Below are positions 43,101 through 54,922 of a DNA stretch of 64,000 bases, piece after piece; the stretch's first letter is position 1; each line of letters begins with the position of its first letter. The translations under genes were made by a program, and so were the position numbers. The notes below the pieces were generated by a model. That model was not told where the DNA came from. It saw nothing but the letters and a program-made list of their open reading frames with translations, and made no database searches. The stretch lies in assembly GCF_011386835.1 (NCBI RefSeq), contig NC_088806.1, forward strand, positions 30,690,001 through 30,754,000. The letters run 5' to 3'. This DNA comes from Chrysemys picta bellii. Taxonomy: Eukaryota.

Positions 43101-45370
43101 CTCTGCCCTCTGCGTGTGCCGGGCGTCCCCCTGTTCCTCTGCGTGTGCCCCCTGCCCTCTGCATATGCTGGGCGTCTCCATTCCTCTGCTTGTGCCCCCT
43201 GCCCTGTGCGTGTGTCAGGCATCCCCCTGTTCCTCTGCGTGTGCCCCCTGCCCTCTGCATGCGCCCGGCATCACCCTGTTCCTCTGCCCTCTGCATCTGC
43301 CGGGCATCACCCTATTCCTCTGCCCTCTGCATGTGCCGAGCGTCGCCATTGTCTGCCCTCTGCGTGTGTCAGGTGTCGCCATTCCCCTGCCCCATGTGTG
43401 TGCCCCCTGCCCTGTGCATGAGCCGGGCGTCACCATTCCCCTGCCCCCTGCGTGTGCCCTCTACGTGTGTCTGGTGTCGCCGTTCCCTGCCCTCTGCATG
43501 TGCCCCCGTCCTCTGTGTGAGCCGGGCGTCGCTGTTCTCCTGCCCCCTGCGTGTGCCCCCTGCCCTGTGCGTGAGCCGGGCGTCGCTGTTCTCCTGCCCC
43601 CTGCGTGTGCCCCCTGCCCTGTGCGTGAGCCAGGCGTCGCTGTTCTCCTGCCCTCTGCGTGTGCCCCCTGCCCTGTGCGTGAGCCAGGCGTCGCTGTTCT
43701 CCTGCCCTCTGCGTGTCACCGTTCACCTGCTCTCTCTCCTTCTCCCCAGCTCCGAAGCGGCGAGCGCATCAAGCTCATCCCCCTGCTCTGCATCATTTTC
43801 ACCTCCGTGGTGTGGGGCTTCGCCCTCTTCTTCTTCTTCCAGGGTCTGAGCACCTGGCAGGTGAGTGGTGGCCCATGCCAGCCCGGGCCTTGACTATTCA
43901 GGGTTGACGTGTCTGGTGCACACTTGGGGGGGTCTCCTGCTTGGAGGGTCCCTGTACGGGGCAGGCAGTGAGGACTGCGTTGTGCATGGCCCGAGCGCCC
44001 GGTCTGCTCGACTTGCAGCTCTTCTAGGCTGCAGCTCGGCCCTGTGCAGGAGCTGCGCGGGGAGGAGACGGGCAGCGTGCTTGGCAGGGCCGGCTCCAGG
44101 CACCAGCTCGGCAAGCAGGTGCTTGGGGCGGCCAAGGGGAAGGGGCGGCACGTCGGGCTCTTCGGCGGCGGGTCCCTCGGAGGGAAGGACCTGCTACCAA
44201 ATTGCCGCCAAAGAAGAAAGCGGCACGGCAGAGCTGCCGCCGCTCGCGGCTCTTTTTTTTCCCCGCCACTTGGGGCGGCAAAAACCCCGGAGCCGGCCCT
44301 GGTGCTTGGCCGGAGATAACGCACCGGCTCTGTCCCCTCTGCAGAAAACGCCGGCCGAGTCCCGGCAGCACAACAGAGACTGCATCCTGCTCAGCTTCTT
44401 TGATGACCACGACATCTGGCACTTCCTCTCCTCCATCGCCCTGTTCGGCTCCTTCCTGGTAGGTCCTGCCAGCCCCAGCACGGCTGGGCCAGCTCACCCA
44501 GCGGGAAAGGCTCTTTCTGCCCCATCGCCCTGGTCCCCACACTACCAGCTGCTGTCGCCACCGGCCCCTAGGCTGGGAGCACATAGGAGGGTCCCCAGAA
44601 GCACTTGTCGCTCCCCGGAGACCTGTCAGCCTTGGCCGGCAGGGGCAGCCCCCACAGAGCCTGAGGCGAGAGCGCACGTCCTGCACGGCCCTCTGCCCCC
44701 TGCCCGTAGAGCCCCAGCGAGGCCAGGGCCGGCCGGCAGTGCCTCGCTCTGTCCACCTAACGCTGCAGCGTCCTCATGGCCCCCTCTGCTGGCTGGAACA
44801 CAGGCTCCCGTCCGGCCCAGGCCCTGTGCTGAAAGGGGGATGGGGCTGAACAAATCATAAATTCCACCCCCACCCGCACCAGCTCTACTTATCCAAAAAC
44901 ACCAACGTGGGGTCAGAGAGGTTCCCAACACCCTGCCCTTCTCCTCTTCCCTGACCGCCCCCTCCCCAGCACCCTGCCCTCCCTCCCTCCCTCCCCCCGT
45001 CTCCCCCAGCACCCTGCCCTTCTCCTCTTCCCTCCCCCATCCCCCCCAGCACCTGACCCTGCCCTTCTCCTCTTCCCTACCCCCCCAGCACCCTGCCCTT
45101 CCTTCCTTCTTCTCCCCATCTCCCCCAGTACCCTAGCCTTCCTCTTCCCTCCCCACCCAGCCCCCTGCCCTGTCTCCCCCAGCACCCTGCCTTCCCTCCC
45201 CCTCCCCCCACTCAGGGGCTGTGGGGGGAACACTGTCTACTAGCAGTGGGGAAGGGTTTTGTCCTCGAGCTGAGCCCTGGCCTAACCATGGCCCTGTCCC
45301 CTTGCAGGTGTTGCTGACGCTGGATGATGACCTGGACTGCGTCCAACGGGACAAAATCTATGTCTTCTAG
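21966..45370 (+). CDS. SIDT2: SID1 transmembrane family member 2 (lysosomal RNA/DNA transporter, CREST superfamily), 837 aa from 26 constitutive exons (up to 862 aa with two cassette exons)
   Basis: All 26 exons were located with GT-AG boundaries and compatible phases, summing to 2514 nt including the stop. The protein has a signal peptide, SxxxH (SACYH), D in FDTSF, HxxxH (DDHDIWH), the YxxPhi motifs YGSL, YDTL and YLYV, and the C-terminus QRDKIYVF typical of SIDT2. Confidence 0.97.
23999..24120 (+). CDS. SIDT2: SIDT2 exon 2
   Basis: [10 protein letters not shown]...[11 protein letters not shown]; donor GTAAGT. Confidence 0.95.
24747..24911 (+). CDS. SIDT2: SIDT2 exon 3
   Basis: [17 protein letters not shown]...ENFVLR. 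Confidence 0.95.
25298..25343 (+). CDS. SIDT2: SIDT2 exon 4
   Basis: [15 protein letters not shown]. Confidence 0.93.
25779..25880 (+). CDS. SIDT2: SIDT2 exon 5
   Basis: [34 protein letters not shown]. Confidence 0.95.
26008..26091 (+). CDS. SIDT2: SIDT2 exon 6
   Basis: [28 protein letters not shown]. Confidence 0.96.
26550..26649 (+). CDS. SIDT2: SIDT2 exon 7
   Basis: [33 protein letters not shown]. Confidence 0.95.
27095..27160 (+). CDS. SIDT2: SIDT2 exon 8
   Basis: [22 protein letters not shown]. Confidence 0.93.
27783..27876 (+). CDS. SIDT2: SIDT2 exon 9 (TM1)
   Basis: [31 protein letters not shown]. Confidence 0.95.
28653..28711 (+). CDS. SIDT2: SIDT2 exon 10
   Basis: [20 protein letters not shown]; phases 2 and 1 fit the neighbouring exons. 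Confidence 0.88.
29412..29423 (+). CDS. SIDT2: SIDT2 12-nt cassette microexon (ASLL)
   Basis: cccctcccag|CATCTTTACTGG|gtaagc; symmetric phase 1; long CT tract upstream; matches the recalled mammalian ASLLG insert before GHPR. Confidence 0.75.
29876..29947 (+). CDS. SIDT2: SIDT2 exon 11
   Basis: [24 protein letters not shown]; 72 nt; donor GTAAGC. Confidence 0.9.
30279..30353 (+). CDS. SIDT2: SIDT2 exon 12
   Basis: [25 protein letters not shown]; phase 1/1. Confidence 0.87.
30874..30936 (+). CDS. SIDT2: SIDT2 63-nt cassette exon ([21 protein letters not shown])
   Basis: ctttcctttcaag|GG...ATGG|gtagat; symmetric phase 1, stop-free; resembles the recalled mouse long-isoform insert GHDQFKRRLPSGQMRQLCIAM. 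Confidence 0.8.
31231..31495. repeat. 75-bp GC-rich minisatellite, about 3.5 copies
   Basis: The unit gcaggtcaggactgaggggcgctggcggtgctgtgagggggcatcggggggcccagggctggggtaactggggct recurs at 31311, 31386 and 31461. Confidence 0.92.
33795..33913 (+). CDS. SIDT2: SIDT2 exon 13
   Basis: [40 protein letters not shown]. Confidence 0.96.
33916..34850. repeat. 63-64 bp VNTR, about 14-15 copies, starting at the exon 13 donor
   Basis: Unit tg(tgtc/catc)(g/t/a)cctgcccagcccaggcatcgctctgatgggtggggggagcgtgacatgcaggcccc with variable G-run length. Confidence 0.95.
35260..35333 (+). CDS. SIDT2: SIDT2 exon 14
   Basis: [25 protein letters not shown]. Confidence 0.97.
35654..35720 (+). CDS. SIDT2: SIDT2 exon 15
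   Basis: [22 protein letters not shown]. Confidence 0.97.
36335..36408 (+). CDS. SIDT2: SIDT2 exon 16
   Basis: [24 protein letters not shown]. Confidence 0.97.
36708..36831 (+). CDS. SIDT2: SIDT2 exon 17
   Basis: [41 protein letters not shown]. Confidence 0.97.
37097..37214 (+). CDS. SIDT2: SIDT2 exon 18 (SxxxH)
   Basis: [39 protein letters not shown]. Confidence 0.97.
37772..37908 (+). CDS. SIDT2: SIDT2 exon 19
   Basis: [46 protein letters not shown]. Confidence 0.97.
38289..38397 (+). CDS. SIDT2: SIDT2 exon 20
   Basis: [36 protein letters not shown]. Confidence 0.97.
39033..39109 (+). CDS. SIDT2: SIDT2 exon 21
   Basis: [26 protein letters not shown]. Confidence 0.95.
40072..40118 (+). 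CDS. SIDT2: SIDT2 exon 22
   Basis: [15 protein letters not shown]. Confidence 0.96.
40701..40806 (+). CDS. SIDT2: SIDT2 exon 23
   Basis: [35 protein letters not shown]. Confidence 0.97.
40867..41545 (-). mobile_element. Solo LTR (679 bp) in SIDT2 intron 23, antisense
   Basis: TG...CA termini (tgtcac...tcaca); perfect 5-bp TSD ggcct at 40862-40866 and 41546-41550; AATAAA on the minus strand (tttatt 41139-41144). Confidence 0.85.
41815..43730. repeat. ~1.9 kb modular, A-poor tandem repeat
   Basis: Shuffled modules ccctgccctctg / cgtgtg / ccgggcgtc / ccctgttcctctg; the plus strand is strongly depleted of A. Confidence 0.93.
43750..43860 (+). CDS. SIDT2: SIDT2 exon 24
   Basis: [37 protein letters not shown]. 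Confidence 0.97.
44085..44301. mobile_element. hAT-type MITE (217 bp) in SIDT2 intron 24
   Basis: Perfect 13-bp TIRs cagggccggctcc / ggagccggccctg; perfect 8-bp TSD gtgcttgg (44077-44084 and 44302-44309). Confidence 0.9.
44345..44458 (+). CDS. SIDT2: SIDT2 exon 25 (HxxxH zinc ligands)
   Basis: [38 protein letters not shown]. Confidence 0.97.
44925..45215. repeat. C/T-rich low-complexity tandem repeat (ccccccagcaccctgcccttctcctcttcc-like)
   Basis: About 8 degenerate copies of cagcaccctgcc-containing units in the last SIDT2 intron. Confidence 0.85.
45308..45370 (+). CDS. SIDT2: SIDT2 exon 26 (stop)
   Basis: [23 protein letters not shown]. Confidence 0.97.
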   Translation: MLLTLDDDLDCVQRDKIYVF

Positions 45371-47480
45371 GCCCTTTCCCGTAACACCACCTGGCCTGTG
45401 GTTTGTTAGTTGGGGCCTCCTGCCTAGGTGCTGCCTCCAGCCCTGGTCTCCGGTGTAGCGGACGCTCGTGGTGGGGAGCTCATGAGGACATAGCAAAGCA
45501 TCCCAGGCGTGGGGGCTTCTTCGGAGGTCGGACTCGTGTTCATGCCCCCCCCGCCCGCCCGCCTCCTGTGTGCCAGGGTGTCGTCCAACCCTCAGACGAC
45601 GCCTTGCCAACCTGAGCGCATCACCTCCTTGTTGAGCTGCTGAAGGGGCTGCAGGGCAGGCCCGACGCACCCACCCACCCACCCACCGCCGCGCGGCTTG
45701 CAGAGAGGGGTGGGGATGGGGCCAGGCCCAGTCAGACCTGCCTTGCTGGGGTTACTGGTCCTGCAGCGTCATGGGGGGTGGCTCCAGGTTCTCACCGCAC
45801 TGCCATTCTCCCATCTCTGTCCCCACCATAGTGCCATGCCGAGACGGACTGCTACGGCGACCTCTGCCTAACAGGCCTGGCTCCTCCTTGGCTGGCCACT
45901 ATCCAGCTTTCCCCGGCGCTCTGGGGCCAGTGGGAGGCAGGGAACCTCTCAGAACAAACGTCAGGCAAGTTAGAAAACACTCCCTTCACCTGCAATTAGC
46001 ATTGACCGAGTACTGGTCAGGGCACGGGGGGAGCAATGTTGCATCCCCTGCAAAGGGGATATTCAGCCCTCTCCCATCCCCCCAGTACCGGCACACCACC
46101 TAGTGAAATCTGCCTGGTGCATGGCCCAGGGACCAGCCCGCTCAGCTGTGGAGTTCAGTCGGGCTCCCCTCAGGCTGCTATCGAGCTGGGCAGCTCCTCT
46201 CCGGCCTGGTTGTTTAGCGAGAGCGCCGGTCCTTGGCATAAGTGTCCCTGTCTAGGCTGAGAACAGGCCCTTCCTCTCTGCAGGCTCACTGGGTCCCCCA
46301 CACCTCCCATCACCCCCACCCCCACCCTGGTCCAGGGGAGGGAGCCACTGCCCCCACCAGTCTGTACGGCCTCCCCGCGGATGGAGCAGGGGACAGCTAA
46401 AGCCCTCTATGGCCCTACAGCAGGGTCTGAGCATGGCAACAGCGCAAAGGTGATTCTGAAACATTGGGCTCTCGCTATTGTTCCAGCGCTGTTCTCCCCG
46501 GCCTCACGAGCTGTGAGGTAGGCCCAGAAGGGAGTTCCCAGCCCTAGCACCCTGGGGCTGTCGCTACCATCCCTGCTGTCTTCACTGGTGTTTGCTGTTT
46601 CCTCCCCTCCGCCCGGGCTCTAACCAGTGTTACAGACCATAGGCACGTCTGCCCCACAGCCGGAAGATGGGCTGTCTGGTCTCCAAGGAACGTGACTCTT
46701 GTAAAGGTGCTGCTGCTATCATTCTTACAACTGTGGCCTTTCCCGAGGAGGAAGGGCGCCATTCACACCACTTGCCAATGTGACGCCATCCCCATGGGTG
46801 CAGCACGTCCAAACCGTCCCCCAGGCACAGGCTCCTCCGAGAGGCGGGAGAGCAGCCGGGGGCACCTGCATCTCGGTTCTAGAAGCACATGGGCGCATGA
46901 CTCTCTTCAGTGCCTAATTTTTATTATTTTATTTAAATTTTTGCAGGGGGATGTAGGTCCAGTCTAACTGTGTCTAGTTCCTCCCACTGCTAAGGACTTG
47001 TGGGATCTTGGACTCCCGCTGGCTAATGTGTACTGAACGTGGGGTGTCAAAACACACATCTGTGTCAAGGTTGTCATTAAGCAACTTTCTCTGGTAGCCC
47101 ACTGGCTGTTTACATTGCAAGTTTGAGCTTGTATTCTAATCTTAGAATTGTTTGGATTTAGGCTCAAATTTGGACTCCACTCTGGGACTTTGTCCTCTGT
47201 CGTTCTAGCTACATAACATATCAGAGATGGTTCTGTGGTGCACGGCCCAGGGGTGCCTTGGTTACACAACAAAAGGCTAAGAATGGTGCTTTCTCAGTCA
47301 TTGCAGGGGAAGACGCCCTCTTCCCACTCCAGAAGAAGGGTCGTGTCACTTGAATGTCCATAGTTTTCCGGTTTCTTGAATGCATTGACAATATTTTGAC
47401 TTTCCAGGTACACTGTTACTAAGCCAAGTTGCACCATGTTTTCTAAGAACGGTTCAGCCATCAAATGAAGAGAATGAAAC

Positions 47481-47486
47481 AATAAA
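47481..47486 (+). terminator. Probable SIDT2 polyadenylation signal
   Basis: First plus-strand AATAAA I found after the SIDT2 stop; it ends an AT-richer UTR-like block. Confidence 0.55.
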
Positions 47487-48974
47487 AAAGTTGATCTGCA
47501 CTTTACTCACGAGTCTCCTGCCTCCTTGCTCCGTGAAGGCAGGGGCCCAGGTACCCCCGTGTTAGCCACTCAACCGCAGGTCTAGCATTGTCAGACCTGC
47601 CGCTAAGCCCTTCCCCTTCCACCTGCAATGGACCAACTTCCACGTGTGCTGATGGCTGGCCTCCATTAACACCCCTGCTAAAACCCTCACCCTGACCAGG
47701 GACACGAGACAGTAAGGCCCAGAGAGACCCAGGTCCAGCCCCCTCTCCTGACAGTGAGCCGTCACCTAGGAGTGGCTGCAGGGTATTTGAATGAAGGGGG
47801 AGTAGGGAGAGTTCTGCCCCTTGCTTGGGGGGGGGGGCCCTTTCTCCCTGCCCCACTGAAGGGAACAGGCTGGTGTGTGTGTGTGTGGGGGGGGGGTGTA
47901 GTTCAGGGGAAGGGAAGCGCCTGTATCAGCTCTCCCCAGGAGTCACAGCTAAGCTGCTGCCGCTTGTGCACGTACTAACCCCACAGGCTGTCCCGCCAGA
48001 ACATGGAGCAGCGACTGGCTGCAGTCCTCGCCCATGGGCCTGGCTACACCAAAGCTGGACCAGTCTAGTTCCAGCCCCGGGTCTGGCCCCAGTTCTCGCA
48101 GGGGGTGGCTGCCGCCAACTGGCATAGCTGTTGCTGTGGGGGAGTACAGCACCATGGGAGAGGTTGTACCGGTTAAAAAAACTCCCCCAACTGTATAGCA
48201 ACAGCACTACAACCGCTGTGTGTGGAAACGCCCAACCCAGGGGCGTGAAGCCGGCCTGACCCAACCCGGCGGGCTCAGAGCAAAGCCAATCCTGCCCAGA
48301 ATGGCCTGTTTTGTTCCCTTTCATCCAGCCTTGATGGAGCCCAAAGTGTGGGCGCCTCCCAGGCCCCTCCTAGCCTGGCCCCCTCAGCGAGAGCGCTTCT
48401 GGCAACAGCCTGCAGTCCCCCCCCCACCCATGGGCATTGGGCCGTGGAACAGCGCTGGGAACTCCGCGGGGGACCGTTGAATGTTCAACCCTCTTCCCGG
48501 AGCCTGTTCTCCCCCAACAATGCAGCATCACTGAATTTTTTCAGGAAAGGTTAATGGTTTTTCCTCAAAAACCTGAGCCCTTTTTGGGTTTTCTCAGGTG
48601 TTTTGGTGAGGGGGGAGGGCGGGGTGTTGAGCCATTTTTCTAGTCTAGACCCAGAGACCCCACATTCAATCCCTGTAGCTGCCAATCCCCCCAGCAGCCG
48701 CTTTCCAGATTCATTGGCCGTTCGCAGACTCACAGCGCTACAAGCCAGGTGCAGTCACCTCACCCCCTGCAAAGAGCTCATTAGCAAGCCAACGCTCTGA
48801 GCACCTGCTGGTGCTAATGGGGTCAGCTTGGGCCTTCGGCGTGCCCTGGGCCCTGGGGACCCCGCACTACGCAATCTCTTCATTAATGGATTAGACGGGG
48901 CTAGGTTCAGCGTGGCCGTGATCCTGGCTTCTTGTCTGGTCACTGTCCCCACAGCTGCTTCCAGTCTCTTGCTC

Positions 48975-51163
<2,189 letters not shown>

Positions 51164-54100
51164 GGTGGGGCTGGGGAGTGCGGCCCTGCCGGGGGGACAG
51201 AGACGGAGGTGTTACCCATGTGTCTAGCAGCTGCCAGCAGCAGCAGAGCCATCCCACATTGGGGGGGCACAGTCTGGCCACCCCAATGCAGAGGGTGTGG
51301 GGGTCCCGGCATGGACCTGTGGGCACCCTCCCCCACTCACAGCACTTCCATCCTGCTCATGAACCACCATGTGGGGGGTCCCAGTGCCGGCTTGGCCGGA
51401 GGCCACCAGGAGAGGGGATGGCTGGAGGCCAGGCCAGGTTTGGGTCGGGCCCTAGTAAGCGGCTGGAAAGCAGCCATCTGGCCCAGTGGGTTTTGGCAAG
51501 GGCTGCCTGCTGCTGTCACCCCCTGGGCCGGACCCCCAGCCAGAGGGACCTTTCTCAGAGCAGGGGCCAGCAGTGGGAGATAGCAGCGGTCATGCAGGGG
51601 AGGGGGAGCCTTGCTGAGACCAGCTCCTGGCCAGCACGGCAGCCCGAGACTCACGGTGGTTTTGTTCCAGTGGGGGCAGAGGCCGTGTCTCACCGCCGGC
51701 CCTACAGCCAGAACATGCAGCTTTTGCGGAGCTCGGTGAGTTCTTTTCCTCCTGTTCCTGGGCGGCTCAGTGTCTTGGCACGGCTGGAAGCACTGAGGTG
51801 CCCTGGAAGAGAGATGCACCCAGCCTGCCTGTGCGCATGCATGGCTCCAGGCCATGGCTGGCTTTCACCATGGTGGACCTTGCCCTCCAGGACTTGGGGT
51901 GGGGTGTGCAGCGGACGGTGTTGACACAGCCCCAAGCCTGCAGCAGACATTGCCTCCACATCATCGCTGCTAAAGAGGTGGGTTTCTACACCCACCTACA
52001 GCTGGGCAGGGGGCTCCAGGGTTACAGTGCACTAACAGCTACCTGGCCGTGTCCCCACGAGGCCTTTGCAGTGAGATACCGCACGGTCGTTATCCTGCTG
52101 TAATCCCCTCTCCCCCTACCCCCCAGACAGCAAAGACACGGCCTCCCTGTGGCGAAAAGGAAGGTACATTGTGCAGCCATGGCCTTGTACCCCTTGCTGG
52201 TTATTTTGGGGGTAGCTGTGTGGGGTGAATGGGATGCTAACGAGCTTAGCTACATTTGTGCATCCCACGGGTTACAGAGCAGGGGCTCCAGCCATTTCAC
52301 TCCACAGGGCACTTGCTGCAAGAGCCCCTCCCCTCCCAACACTGCAGGGTTGTCAGCTTCCTTGTGCAGCCCCCTGAGGGAGAGACTGTGAGGAACCGGC
52401 CCCCAGGGGCACAGACGTGTCCCACACGTGCACGCTCTCCCTGAGAGCCTGGGCACAAGTACTGCATGGCCTGCAGAGCAGGTGCATTCCCTGCACTTAG
52501 CTCAGTGCTCCTGAGGGGATGGAGGGGACCTCCCAGCTGAAAATGGCCCAGCTCAGATGTGGGGGATCCCTATTCGCCCACCTGGCAACCATTGGCTTGA
52601 GACCAGCCGGGCCCCAGCGTGATCCAGGGCTGGCCGGCCAGTCAGCTAACCACACGGCAGCCCAGCACCTCTCTCTGTGAGCAGCCCTGAGCGAGCGACC
52701 TCAAAGGGGAGCTTTATCTCAGCAGCTGCCAGGCGCTGACCTGCCCCCCACCCCAGCCTGGTCCCCCCTCCAGGGGAACCACATTGAAGAGGTTGCTTGA
52801 CCTAGGCTAGGACCTGGGGGAGTAGGAAGCAGACGAGCAGCAAATGAAGCAGACAGGGTTGGAGGCACCGCAGGCAGAAGTACCCAGGAACCGGGCTCCC
52901 CTGCTGCAGAGGGAGGGACAGCCCCGTGCTTGGTAACCCAGCCCCCACTCCTGCCTTGCAGGGCAGCGGGGCTAGCAGTGGGGGGGGTTTATACCAGATA
53001 TGCTCAAGGCGGACAGCTGAGAGCAGCAGGGACTCAGGTGGCCAAAGCACCTCTGTCTCCCGCTGAGCACTGCCCAGCTCTGCACACGCACGCACTCACC
53101 CCAGGCTTTGGCTGCAAAGCCTTCAGGCAGAGAGCCTGGCAGCTCTACTTCACCCCCTTCTAACTCCAGGGCAGGCCAGCTCGCTTGTCCTGCCCAAGAT
53201 GCATGGCACCAGGACAACCGGAGATGGGGCACCAGCCCCTAGGGCTCTCTGGGGAGAAAGGCTTGCAGGAGAACAAGGCTGGCCGTTCCGATGCCACGAG
53301 CAAGCCCTGATCCCAGACATGGCACTGGGCAGGTCCCAGGGCTGAGGCTTCTCCAAGGCTGCTCAAGGAAGAAAAGCTCCATGTTACTGAGAAAGACCAA
53401 TTGGCAGCTCTGCTACAGCGTCATTGTCTGAGGTTAGGAATCACTTCCCCTCTCTGGGCCCCGGCTGTGAAATGGGACTGCTGGTAACGGCCCCGCTGCA
53501 TAGAGTGCTTGGAGAGCTACAAGAGGTGGTTATTGATTATTACCCATGTCTATACTCAACCCAGACTCCTACTCCCCATCTTCCTTCACTAACTCTCCAC
53601 ACACCCCATCCATACCCAGCCCCGATCCACACACAGTCTGTGTCTACCTCCAGCCATTCCTCCACCAACCCTCTTACCCATTGGCTCCACACCTGTTCCT
53701 ACTTACACACCTGCTCCCAACCACTGCATTCTATACACCACTTTCCTCTGCTCACTCACCTGCTCTCAATAAACTTCCCACCTCCACATCCCCGCCCCTT
53801 CCTCATCAGCCAACCACCATGGAGCAGTCCTTATAAAACAACTCTCCAATGCTCCTTTCTTCTATTTAAGTGGTCTTAGTGAGTGTTGTCTAGCAGTCTA
53901 GTGAAGAGTAGGCTATATACATTAATAGTATGGGAAGAAGGGATAGTCTAAGAGTTAGGGTTTGGTAAAGGAGAAACTAGAGTTAACTTTAGTTCCAGGT
54001 ATAGAGCAAGGCCACATAACTATAAATAGCATCTTGTGTGTATGTGCAGCACCTGGTAGCCCAGAGCAGTTGGTGAGCTTTGCATAGCAGGGAAATGCAG

Positions 54101-54434
54101 TCATCTCGGGGCTGTAAAGACCTAGTAATCTAATGACACACAGCAATGCTACAGCAGTTTCAGATAGAAAGGGAGAATGTGACCATGAATCTGAAGCTTG
54201 TAGGGGGACGTAGAGAGGCAGAATGTCATTTAGCCAGGAGGCTGGGGTTAGCGTCCCCACTCGTGAAAAGTGCTAGGGGATCTCTAATGAGCACAAGATG
54301 TCACGCTTCAGTTTTGTGTGGCAGGAGAGTCTGGTGGCTCAGGAGATCTAAGGTCACTTCCCTGCTCTGCCCCAGAGCCTGGGCATGACTTGGGCAAGAC
54401 ACGGAGTCTCTCGGGGAGTCAGATCAACCAGAGG

Positions 54435-54845
54435 TGTAATCTTCCTCTGTGGGTCTTGTCTGGCTGGACTGTAAACCACACAACGCTTGTGATGAGACTA
54501 GAAAAGGTTTATTTCAGAAAAAATCAAGATCCCACTAGAAACGGGAGAGTGGTAAACGTAGTTACACTACAAAACAAAACCCTAAAATACAGACCAGGGC
54601 CGACACTGATCTCTAGCTACCTTCCCTAGCTAGTAAAGGCGGTTACCCCCAAAGGGCAGGCTGGGGCAGAGCTGACCTGCTGCCAGGAAGAGAATCCAAC
54701 CCTCCATAAAACACCCCCACTCCATGAGCTGCCACACATCATCATACTGACTGCACTGGTGAGGACTTGGCTCGGCCTTTCACCCCAGGGCTTTGCTGTA
54801 CGCCTGGGACGCACAGCCTGGGCTCTGTGATCCGTAGCTTTTACA
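54435..54845 (-). mobile_element. Possible degenerate solo LTR
   Basis: tgtaa...ttaca termini and a minus-strand AATAAA; no TSD found. Confidence 0.3.
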
Positions 54846-54922
54846 CTGTGCTGATTTTGCTGAACTGAGACACAAGTTGTGTTTGAAACCCCGCCCCACA
54901 GTTCTGAGCCCTACACTGTCCC

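Noticed and set aside
41801-43849. 682-aa and 518-aa Cys/Pro/Val-rich ORFs resembling keratin-associated or epidermal differentiation proteins
   Set aside because: They are intronic and arise because the A-poor repeat can rarely form stop codons; they overlap in several frames and on both strands.
43865-44860. 331-aa ORF containing KTPAESRQH...FGSFL
   Set aside because: Chance open frame through intron 24, the MITE and intron 25 around true SIDT2 exon 25.
54060-54310. Possible ancient AmnSINE/Deu-domain SINE relic
   Set aside because: The resemblance is from memory and too degraded to assign without a Dfam search.
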